Shown here: positions 52,401 to 64,000 of the stretch, piece after piece | How the letters are laid out: the number at the start of each line of letters is the position of its first letter | How positions within the stretch are numbered: the stretch's first letter is position 1 | Origin: Epiperipatus broadwayi | Lineage: Eukaryota; Animalia; Onychophora | Length of the DNA stretch: 64,000 nucleotides | Assembly (NCBI GenBank): GCA_028023455.1 | Contig: JAQFVV010000005.1 | Coordinates: forward strand, 18,972,001 to 19,036,000 | Direction of reading: 5' to 3' | Made by a program: the position numbers and the translations under genes | The notes under the pieces: generated by a model | What the model was told of the DNA's origin: nothing | Database searches by the model: none | Seen by the model: only the letters and a program-made list of their open reading frames with translations

Positions 52401-54789
52401 TGGTTTTGTTTATATATTGTTAAAAGACAGTGTTAGTGAATCTTTTTTAGTTTCAACATTAATATGTTTGAGAATGTATATATACATTTGGGTGCCAATC
52501 TTAAAAATGTATTATCAGTGCTTGAACCAACATCAATACATAGAGTTGGTAAGAAAATACTAACTGATCAGTTTGGGTTTTTTCATACAGAAGACAAAAT
52601 GAGATACTATTTACATTATAATATTATATAGTGCAAATAAATAAATAAAGTACACTTGAAAAAGCAAGCATTATAAATGTAATTTGTTAGCTATCTCCTA
52701 TTTGATAAGAATAGAGAATACCATTCAGAAAATAAATGAACCGTTGATTTACTTTTTGCCACATACAATATTCATTTTTATCAACTGGTGGAATTGTTTG
52801 TTCTTGTCAATAATTTAATTTCTTCCAGAATGTTTACATTGATCATGCTTAAAGGAAATTTTTTTTTCCAATCATTTTTATTTGTCCTTGTTTATACTTA
52901 ATTTCCATCCTGAACACTTTTCAATCATTTTTTATCCCCTAAACATTATTAACTTCAGGATTTTGTCTAAATAAGTTATAAAGGTTTGTGTTTTTAAGCT
53001 GTTTTTGTTTTTTCCCAAATATAAATTATTTTCATTATTAAAAAAAGAAATAAATAAACATATATTCCTTTACAATCATGTTTTATTTTTTAAAGATTCA
53101 TAAATACTTTTTTCCCCCCAAACATATTATATTATTTTGAAGGAACTGATATTTTTATTATAAAAAAATTGATTGAATACCATCTTATTGTCAATTTTTG
53201 CCTGTGCATGATGCCTCTGCCGAGGAATAGCATATGCATAAGATCAGCGCCCATATTTGTACGACTGAAATTTGAAGACAAAGCATTTTTAAAAACTAAT
53301 ATGTATATGAATTATTATTAAAACATCAGTTTGATTAATTATTCTTTTTGGCTATTTCATAATCGTAAAAATACTACAACAATTTTTGTTAAGTACTGAT
53401 GAAAAGCAATGGCAATTTTTACCGTGAATGATTAAGTATTTTTATTGTTTGATTGCAATGTTCTTTTTCAAAAGGTTATTTGGAATCAACAACCTGTTTT
53501 CAAAAAAATTATCTTACATATATATAAATACATACATTACATATGCATTCTATTCTATATTTTGTTCTATTAGTTTGCAAGTTGAAGATAATTATCTGAT
53601 ACCATGAAAACATCTTTTATATGTAATAAACTTTTTTATCCCTGAGAACAGTTTTCTTCAATTTGTTACAAAGGCACTATAGTGCCATCAGCTGGACAAA
53701 CACATTCATCTGGAAGCCATTTTTTATAACTTCAGACTATTCCAGCTATCAGTTTAAAATTTAAAAAAATTCTAAGATTTTTAAACCTCAGCAAACTCAT
53801 TTGCATAGTTATATAGATTTGATATTTATCAACCCCTATGAATTTCAAAAATCTCAGTATCACACCAATTGTAATATTTTTGGTATTAACTTAATATCTT
53901 TTCTTTATAATGCATTAATATGCCTAACCTTAAGTATGTAATTTTTTATTTAAAATTTCCTCTAAATCAATATCTTAAATACACATCATTACCATTATTA
54001 GTGATTATTTATAAATAAGTATAGTCATTCTAATTTCAAAAAAAGAAAAAGACAAAGAATGAAAATCTGTATTTTTGTCATAACTATAATAACTATTCCA
54101 TAACCCACAAATATACATATATCACATGTAACAGCAGAAAGGAATTTGATGTTAACTAAAGTAGACCTTTTAATTCTTCTTAGAGGCTTTAAAGGAATCA
54201 AACAAACCAATCCAAATATCCAAGCCATAGGTTCTTATTATTGTATATATTATTATTGTGATTATTTATATGGTAAATTAACATAAATTGGCTGCTCACT
54301 AATGCTTAATAAACCAATGTGGTTGAGTTCAATGTTTTTCTATCTCTGGGTTTATATTTCAAAGCAACCTTTATTGTTAAAGATTACATAGAAGATTGCA
54401 AAGCATTCAATGTGCAAAAAAAAAAAAAAAACAATTATTAATCTTGTTTACAAAAGGACACACTCCAGACAACAATTACATCCACAAAAGGGTTACTATA
54501 ATCTTGCCCAATATGTACCTGTACATGGGTCTACATGGCCCAACTGCCGAGAAATTATCCATAGCCCAATGATCCCACCCCTGGGCCCCGGAAGACTCAA
54601 GCTTCAGCTGAATAGGTGGACATGTCCATCATTAAGGCCCAAAAACATCATGTTTTTTTCTTCTGTTACCTGATAATCCTTATCTGGAATATCAATGGAA
54701 TTTTTTTGAAAGCAGAATAAATGTATATGGGAATAATTTTTTTTATTAGATATTTAGAATCAGAACAGACAAAACTAAATTATAACTTT

Positions 54790-57315
54790 AGTTCCTAGGA
54801 GGCAGCAAAGTCATCAACGAAGGCAGTGGTTGGTAACTGAAATCTGGAAGTACTGAGAATTCCCTGATTGGGCAAGGCTGCCATTCAATTACAACTGTTT
54901 ATTTAGACACTTATAACTATAGGTCACTTTCAAATAAAGGAAATTTGCATAAATTATCTAATATTATAATGGGTCATCATTGCATTTAGTGAAGTTAAAT
55001 GAAAAAATGAAGAAACAATTTTTTTGAAAAATAGACGTGTATTTGATTATAAAAGTATACATATTGGAAGCACAAATGGAGTGGGATTCATTATAAATAA
55101 AAAGTAAAAGAACATTATGGAGACTGTTGGTATACCAGACAGAGTGGAAAGGTTAGTTATTCAAATTAATGAAAGATATTAAATGCAGATAATTCAGGTT
55201 TATGCCCCAGCAACTTCTCACTGTGATGAAGAAGTAGAAGATTTTTATATGGATGTACAAAATCCTTTTGACCAAATCAAGCAATATTTTAAATTATTAT
55301 GAGAGACCATAATGATTGAAGATGGAAGTGCTATGGGTAAATCTGATTATAGTGATAGAAATGAGATATTATAGATTTATATAGTTTTCAGAAAAAGAAA
55401 AACAGTATAGTGTGAATTCTTTCTTTGAGAAAACTAAATGGAAATGAACATGGAACTATACAAAAAAAAAATGTACAGCAGAATTGGATTATATTTTGAT
55501 TAACAGAAAATAAGTATTTCAAGATTGAAATGTTCTTTCTTAATAGATTCAATATTAGAAGTGATTATCAATTAGTGGGATGCAAGATATGTGATAATGC
55601 AAAATTAAAGAGAATAAAACTTTTAAGAAAGGCAGCAAAAACAGTTTTATATTCCAATCTTCAGAAACACTCCAATAAATTTTAGTAAGAACTTGTAAAT
55701 TATTTTAAAATATTAACAGATTTTGAAAATGGTTCAAACCCAATTGCAATCATTGATAAGATAAATGATATTCTATTAAGAACTGCAAAAAGATAACTGA
55801 TACAAGGAAGCAGCAATTTATCAGTACATTTTTAATGAGACAAAAAATGTTTGAAGAATGATAGGAATATGACATTTTTTAAAAATGATTCATTAAGAAT
55901 GTATAGTTTTGTAAAATGATGGGAAAAATAATTAATTATGATATAAAAAATATAATTGTGAATTGGCAAGAAAAGTTATAAAAAAGAATAAAAGCTCAAA
56001 AGAATAAACTAATATCTTGGTATTGGAAAGAAAATTGTTTCTGCAAAAAGAAGAAAAGATAGAACTACTATTAAAAACAAGATGACACCCTGAAATATGT
56101 GGAAGAGCTCGCAAAAAAATATATAGTGATACAGAATAAGAAAACAAAATAAACACTACAACTCTTCTGAATTGTCACACATTTTAAATGATGAGGTGAG
56201 ACATGAACTAAATCTTAAAAGAAGCACATGAAGATATAGAAAAATTATTGACAAATCTAAATCCAAAATATTTAAATGATAAAAATGTACCAGATGATTA
56301 AAGAATTTAGTAATAATACTGATATTTAAGAAAGATGATAAAGAAGATATTAGAAATATATAGATTTATCAGTCTTCTATCAGTTCTGGACAAAATCTTT
56401 ACCAAGATAATTACAACTCATCTATAGCAAACTTTGGATTCAAACCAACCAAAAGAACAAGCTGAATTTAAAAGTGGTTTTACTACAATAGAGGATATAC
56501 AAGTATCAAGAGAAGTTATAGAAAGAAAAACGAATATGAATTGCCATTACATTTTGGATTTGTAGATTATAAAAAGGTATTTGATTCTAGAAATATTTCC
56601 ACAGTGATAAAAGCTTTGGACCATCAAGATATTCACCCAGATTTTTTCACATTTTGATGAATATTTATCAAACTGTAGCAGCGGTGATTAAATTATGTGG
56701 AGATAGGTAATAAGATTAACATTTAGAAGGATATATGACAGGGTGATTCCATATTTCCAAAACTTTTTACAGCAGTTTTACTAGAAGTATTTTCTAGATT
56801 AAAATGGGAAGCCAAGGGAATAAAAATACATTTAGATTTTTACAGATGATAGTTATTTTTGCAAATAATACTGTAGAGCTTTAGGAAATGTTGCAAGAGT
56901 TGACAGATTAAATCTAAAGATAAATATTAAAAAATTAAAGTAATGTCCAACACATTTCTTCAAAAGAAATCAATAAAGAATGATAATCATGAAATAGAAG
57001 TTAACAATTTCAAATATCTTGGTCAGATTATTCATATAGACAGAGAAACATAATGGAATTAATTAAAAAATTAAACTTGGGTGAATGGCTTTGGTAGAAA
57101 TAATTCACTATTAAATTGAAATATACCTATGTATGGAAAAAAAGGTTTTAATAGACATGTTTTTCCAGTTCTTATTTATGGATCTGAGACTTTGACACAT
57201 AAGAGTAGAGCAATTCAGAGAATCCAGATCACTCAATAAAGTACAGAAATACGAATATTGGAAATAACAAAAAGAAATTGAAAAAAAAAAAATTTAGTTG
57301 AGAGAACAAACAGAT
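54790..57315 (+). mobile_element. Decayed, near full-length RTE LINE (APE endonuclease plus RT), same family as the 46329 copy
   Basis: APE remnants (IIQVYAPATSHCDEEVEDFY near 55190-55250); RT region 56200-57300 aligns at nucleotide level to the young copy (e.g. AAGAAGATATTAGAAAT, ACCAAGATAATTAC, GAACAAGCTG); many stops. Confidence 0.88.
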
Positions 57316-57329
57316 CATTAAATAATTTC

Positions 57330-58870
57330 TCTTAATTCTTGAATGTGATCTATTAAGCTGTAATCAAGCTTGGTTTGAATCATATTCTTAGTAGATGATT
57401 TTAAGGATGTTATATAGAACTGATAGGTTTGTAATTGCTAAAATCTTTTTTTTTTCCCATCTTTGTTAAATATCACTACTGAATTCTTTTTTCAATCATC
57501 TGCTTTATCATTTAGATATTTAGCTATATAATTTTATTAATAATAATCCCAATCTCTTCATATATCTATAATTCTGATAATTTTTCTATTTGTCATCGAT
57601 TTAATTGCATGTCACACTCCATTAAAAATGTATAGAATTTCAAATAAGGTGTATATAATTGTAGATGGATTCTTTATTTTCTTGGTTTTTATTCTTCCAC
57701 ATATTTCATATTATTTTCCTTTTTTAGTAATGGTGCCTTCATTCCTTTTTATTGCTGAAATAACTTTTCTTCCAATGCTAATATTTTTTTTATATTTTTG
57801 CCTTTTATTCCCTTCTATAGATTTTGTTATAATTTTCTAAGTACATTTCCTGATCTTTTTCTTAATTATTATAAAATTTTAGATATTATTTTCTTCTAAA
57901 TGGACCATTTTAAAATAATTTCATATTCCTACTTCCCTTGTTTAATTAAAAATTTATTAATGAAGTAGTGTTTTCTTTTAACATTATGTGGTAATCTTTT
58001 TTTTATCAGTCACCTTCTTACTGATCTCATGTAAGTCTGAGCCATCTTAGAAATTTATTAATATTTTTAAAGGATTTGCAAGTTCTGTTTTAAATTCATC
58101 AAAGTATTTCTAGAGATTATATATTTCAATTATCTTAACAGCTAGCATCTTTCTAGAGTTTTGCATTAATGCATATCTTTCATCATGATAACTGGCAATC
58201 ACTTTTTGTGTTAAATCTATTAAGCACATTGAAATCTCGAAATATGTGTTTACTGTTAACCAAAATATAATCCAATCCTGACACACTTTCATATTCATTT
58301 TAACTTTGAATTCTTCTCAAAAAAGAAATTCATAATATATGATTTTTTTTTTTCTGCAAATTCTGTAAGTCTGTTATCTCTCATTTCCATCTCTATAATC
58401 AAATTTTCCCTCAGCACTTTTATCTTTAAGTCATTTTTCAGTTATAGCATTAAAATCTCCCACAACAGTTTTAAAATGTTATATGGTCTCATAAAAAGCT
58501 CTTTGTACATCTATATAATTTTTTTTTATTTCTTCATTAGAATGTGAAGTTGTTAGATATAAACCTAAATTATCTGCATTTGATATAAATGTTGAATAAC
58601 AAATATTGAAACTCGGTCTAATATATCAATGATCTCCATAATCTTGTTCTTCCATATTCTATTTATAATGAATCCCATTCTATTGTATGTGCTTAAGTAT
58701 ATGCCTACTATAGATTAATTGGTACTTCACTTTTTCTTCTAATTTCCTAAAGTCTGATAATGTCTTATTTAATATTAAACAGATCTTCCAATTCATGAAA
58801 TCTTCATTCATATAAATGTAATCCACAGTTATAGGTAACTAAATCAAATGCTATCATAGACTGACAATCT
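57330..58870 (-). mobile_element. Decayed RTE LINE 5' part (APE endonuclease and linker), convergent with the 54790 copy
   Basis: Reverse complement matches 54900-55900 (e.g. ATGGGATTCATTATAAATA, ATGCAGATAATT.AGGTTTAT, ATAT.GATGTACAAA). Confidence 0.75.
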
Positions 58871-60620
58871 AGAGTTATAACTAATGATTCTAAGCATCAT
58901 CTTTTTTCAATTGGCAACTGCAACATTTTATACAGTTTTATAGCCTTCAAGAAATAGTGTTCATAATTTATGTCTGTTTATCTATCATGATTGTGAATAT
59001 AAAAAGAATCAGTATTTATACCCACATGCATACATTCATCTTGCTTTGGGAAAAAAAAAACCCAACTGATATCTCAACTGAAAACTCTTAGGCATCTAAA
59101 AAAAAGACTATGTAATAATAGATGCAACAAGAAAAATGTATGGAAGAAATATCAGAAATTTTATTAAACTTTGTTTCTTAAAAAAAAAAAGAAGAATATA
59201 AACACTTTTTTGCTGATAAAAAAAAAAACCTAGAACTAAACAAAAAAATTTCAGAATTTAAACTAAATTAATCTCTTAACTATGTAGAAGAACTTCGTTT
59301 TAGTTTTTGAAAAGCCTTTGTAATTTGTTTTTCAATGTTCATTAATAATATTAAGAAACAATTTGGTACTTGACAAAATAAACTATATAAAATGACATCA
59401 TGAAAATACCTTCACTCTGTTTTGTATTTTTTTTTTTCCTTATGATATTTTTATTCATTCTTAACAATTTTATTTCCATAATTGAGGAAACCCCAATACA
59501 AAAAGCACTCAATTCTTAAATATTTAGCAACTACAAATAGAAAAAAAAATCTGCCTAATTATAATCAATTATATACAGGATCTAATAATCATAAATAATA
59601 ATTAACATTATATAATGAGCATGCTAATATAACATTTGTACTACAAACTTATTAAGACACGTGATATATGACTTTATTTCCTTGCAATAATAATTAACAA
59701 ATACAATCAAATTTTCTATATACTCCCCCCCCCCCCATTTCCCTTACAAATAAATAAACAATCACTTTTGCAAAAAAACAAATAGAAATAAATAATACCT
59801 GAATAGACTATAAAACAACAAAATATATTAAAGATAAAAAGTTTTTATGATAATGTTTCATCATTTTTATAATACATAAATACAAATATAGTGATATATA
59901 TGCATTGTTTCGAAACGAGATAATAGTTTTTTATTTCTAAATATTATTTGCAACAAAATGAAATTACAATAACATTATTCATGTATTGATATAAACATAT
60001 AGATAAGCTGAAAATAATTACTTTTATATATACATATATCATTTTATATATCAAAAATGCAGACACCCACACCATATATAATAGATACAACTTTTTATAT
60101 ATATTATCCAAGCCCATTTGTACATGATTTAGAATACTATAATACTGATGATGTCTCAATTGTAGCTGTCATTGACTGGGTATGAATGTTATTATAAAAA
60201 ACCATTGTACAGATGTTACACACTGACAAGAATAGAAAAATTTAAACATAAAAATGAAGATGGAGTGATATTAAATATGAAAATCAATATAAAAATCAGC
60301 TACTCTAATTAAATGTTTTTCTTATGTCAAAAGATAATTGATATGTATTATTGTTTGTTGAAACAATTTGGTTTCTTAAGGATCTCAACCGTTTTTCTTA
60401 ATTTTTCCTTGGATCTACTTTATTCTTGATCTTTGTCAATAATATTTGCTGTTCATAGACTGAAAGGGAGAATAGTTTATTCCATTAATTTCATATATAT
60501 TGAGTTTGACTAATTTAATGTTTCCAATTAATAACTTATGTTTAATTATTAAAACAAGATCACTAAAAAGAAGATTCAGTTTCTATTCTTGTATAATTGA
60601 CAATTAATTTAATAATTATA

Positions 60621-60915
60621 AGAGTACCAAACTCTCCATACAGTAGTGCTATTAAGTATAAGCCTTTGTAATCAATGGATGCAGGAAGGTTTGTACATAA
60701 AATCCCTAACTAATGCCTACTCATTCAACATCCCAGACTAGTTTCTAGCTTGTGGCTTTCATTAGTGAGTAGGCATTAGATAGGGATTTTATACACAAAC
60801 CTTCCTGCATCCACTGATTACAAAAGCTTGCACTTGGTGGCACTACTGTATAGAGTTTGGGTACTCATCAATAGCATGTCTAAGCATATAAAATGGTGAT
60901 CATGTGACGTTTTAA
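60621..60915. mobile_element. Fold-back PLE pseudo-LTR fragment, family A, with a hammerhead in the loop
   Basis: Arms 60621-60722 / 60765-60866. Minus-strand motif 60732-60769: CUCA CUAAUGA AAGCCACAAGCUA GAAA CUAGUC UGGG (G5-to-A). Confidence 0.88.
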
Positions 60916-62252
60916 TACTTTTAATTTAATAATTATTCACGTCATATTTTCATATAACTAATATATTGAATACACTCTACATTTTCATCAATGTTCAGAG
61001 TGATAAATTTATAAACATCAAAAACTTAAAGAATAAATATTTTCACTTTGAATTCATTCTATTCATGATTCTTTATCAATAGTGTTTGTTATTCATTCAT
61101 AGCCTGAAAGGAAAAGTGATTTATTCCATTAATTACATATATATAAAGTGTAAATTCATAACGCTTGTTAAAAGCTTCCACAATATTCTACTATCATTTT
61201 CCATTTATAAATAATTATAAATTATAAAGTATAGTAAACATTATTTTAATCTTTTTTTTTTTTTTACTGGAAAAATTATTATGATTATAATTGACATTTC
61301 AGCTAAACTTTGTTAACCATCTTCAGAATTAATTACAAAAAAAAAAAAAATTGAAAATAAATATGATAAATAATAATTACATAAATAAATGTAATAGTAA
61401 ATGTTTTTAGATTTATTTATAGAATTATTATTTATTATTTTAATTTTCAAGTTTTCTTTGTAATTTTCTTTGCAGTTAATACTAAAAATTGACTGAAATA
61501 TCAATTATCATAATAAAAATAATTTTGCAGTAAAAAAAAATAAAGATGCTTTGATCAGTACTTATAATTTATTATCAATATGCATTAACATACCTACAGA
61601 TACAAGTATATAAAAATATTATTAGAATCTTCATTATATATTATATAATTTCCATTAACAATATAATATTTTATTATTAAATAATCTATTTAGACATAAT
61701 TTATTTGTATATGTAAAAAAATAAGATAATGAATTATATAATTATTTCTATTTTTAATCTAACTAATTAAGAATATATTCCTTAAAAATACAAGGAAATA
61801 ATTATAATATTTTATTATAAAACTTATAATATTATAAAAAAGGAAGTAAAAATTTGGAATTTGGGCATGTCATAAAATCAAAAAAACATTTAATATAATA
61901 TTGCCTATGATTGTGATAGCATTACAATTAAACATATGAAAGATTTCATCATTTGTTTTACAATAAATAATTTAATGGTAATATTGAATAATAAAAAAAT
62001 ATGATTTGAAAAATTTTTTTCATCATTAACAAACTGTGACTTTCCTTTAAGTTGTCAAATGATCTAAGTGCAAATGCCATCCAATTGTAAGAAGAAGAAG
62101 CACGTCTAGAGATGTGCAAATTCATTTAGAAGATGTCAACTAAAAATAAAAAAAAAAAAAAAAATAGATCAGCTAAAGCAAATCATGGCTTCAAACTGGA
62201 GGTGAGTTAAGATCTTGACTAAGTGCACCAGCAAGAGTTCAGAAATAATTAC

Positions 62253-62369
62253 CAGTGGGTGTAGTATTTTTTGAGGGGAGAGCCCTGTGTGATGTAGATG
62301 TCTGAACTAGTATCGGAAAGAGGGGAGTAGTTAGCTTCAATACGGAAAGCTGCATACATATCAATGGAG
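62253..62369 (-). CDS. SYNRG: Synergin gamma-like gene, coding exon (most 5' found; phase 2-2)
   Basis: Acceptor ttcttggtcag|C, donor CACTG|gtaatt; 117 nt; open frame SIDMYAAFRIEANYSPLSDTSSDIYITQGSPLKKYYTH. Phase-2 end matches the start of the 49428 exon. Assignment rests on similarity to that exon and on phase, not on independent homology. Confidence 0.7.
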
Positions 62370-63427
62370 CTGACCAAGAAAAACCAAAATAGTGTCATAT
62401 CATTAAGGTTGGCATTTTCCTTATTTGTTTTAAAATATAAAATAAAATATATTTTCTGAATTGGAGCAGAATTTTAGTGATAGCATATAAATAATAAAAT
62501 GATATTTTATAGATAATATCAATAATACTAAATAAAATAAAGCTTGTGCATATATATGTATCAATGTATTTGGCCATTATTTTTTAAAACAAAAAGAACA
62601 AAAAAAAAAATATTTTATCTAATTTCTTAACTAGATTTTATTAATAGTTTTAAAATTATAATATTGCATTTAAAAATAAAAATCTCGCACTTACATAATA
62701 ATTACTCTATTTTAAAATCTTTTCTAAGGGTTTGGTTTTTTAAAATAATAATAATAATCAAATAGTATCATGTAAGTTGAGATATAAACAGGCAAAACTA
62801 TCATGTGAAGTCGAGATCTAAAGAACAAAAAATTGTAATATTCCAATTATAAGTTAAATATTACAGTTTAAAAATATTAACATCTATTAATATTTTGACA
62901 AATATTTCTTTTTTAAAAAAAAACTCCCAATTTTAAGCCTAATATTCATCATTGATATATATATCTTAATATAGTAAAATTTGCACTTTTTTTAATATGA
63001 AGAAAAACTTAACTATATAATTCGAAATATACATATAATTAAATTTAATAAATTCATTAACACATGGACATTTTGCATCATATATATATACTTCATATAA
63101 ATATACTGAACAACAGAAGTGGTTCTGTAGGATTTTAAATTGAAAATGACTATTTGATAATGTCAAAACATGTCATAGTAAATGATGTATTACATTTATA
63201 AAGATATTAGTATATATTTTACACATTCTAGATTAAAACTTACAAAAAGTAAAACAATAAAAATATATTAGCAGTTCGCTAATAAATTGTCTTTAAAACT
63301 TCATTTTATTGTTTTAATTATAGAAACCTCATATTAAAACAATAAAAATATTTATTGCACATTTTTTCTGAACAACCTTTTTTTAGATGCTCATAATAAA
63401 ACAACATCTAATTATGAATATATTTGT

Positions 63428-63470
63428 GATGCTGCTGCTGCTGCTGCTGATGATGATGATAATGATAATA
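63428..63470 (+). repeat. Compound (GCT)n(GAT)n microsatellite
   Basis: GATGCTGCTGCTGCTGCTGCTGATGATGATGATAATGATAAT. Confidence 0.8.
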
Positions 63471-64000
63471 ATAGTAATATGATCAATTGCATAAAAAATC
63501 AAATAATATTCAAGCATTAAAGTGACAGGTCAAGAACTTTTAACATTCAAGTCCTTCCTTTCATCACAGGCTAAATTACTCAAGACATGGCAATGTAAAA
63601 AGTGATAAGCTACTACTCAGTTTTAAGACTAATGATATTGATAACATTTTTAGAATGAGCATATACATCTTGGACTAGTTGAGAGTTGTCAATGCCTAAT
63701 AATTCCTTTCGATCTACAATTCTCAGATTGGCTTTCATGGAATCCTTTAAGATTTCACTATATAAAATTTGAAATTCTGAAGAAAAAAAAATTTTTGAGC
63801 TATAATTAATAATTTAAAATGTATATGAAAAATTTTTGCTATACATTGTGACAAAAATAAAATATGTAATTTAGATGCCATTCTTGGTAGTAGGATTGAG
63901 TTATACACAATTGAAACAAATTTTAAAAGTTAGAAAGAAATTTAATCATTAATATTAATTACCAGTGGGAATTAAAAGTATTTGCCTTTTCATTATTCTG

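Noticed and set aside
13352-63166. Numerous 60-115 aa F/I/L/Y/K-rich ORFs in the ORF track
   Set aside because: Composition reflects AT-rich intronic DNA, many start at non-ATG codons, and they lack splice or homology support (except where they overlap the exons and TEs listed).

Overview
Strongly AT-rich, CpG-depleted eukaryotic (probably invertebrate animal) genomic DNA. The whole window lies inside one large minus-strand gene, a synergin-gamma (SYNRG/AP1GBP1)-like AP-1 accessory protein. Six coding exons were reconstructed by hand (62253-62369, 49277-49428, 41783-42649, 28057-28157, 14952-15114, 13466-13522), with GT/AG borders and consistent intron phases; the gene's 5' and 3' ends appear to lie outside the window. 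The introns (about 1.4-13.6 kb) are full of transposon relics: two internally deleted Ty3/Gypsy elements, a 2.2 kb solo-LTR family, one young and several decayed RTE-clade LINEs, a hAT transposase fossil, a hAT MITE with a perfect TSD, and tRNA-derived SINE heads. The most striking signal is a set of palindromic (fold-back) insertions carrying minimal type I hammerhead ribozyme motifs of several sequence families, as expected for Penelope-like element (PLE) pseudo-LTRs. One motif (22706-22745) has an intact core and is in the sense of the host pre-mRNA, and several fold-back junctions map onto the ribozyme itself. Two neighbouring SYNRG exons are also duplicates of each other (YAAFRIEANYSP repeat). 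Everything was read by eye; no database searches or folding programs were run.
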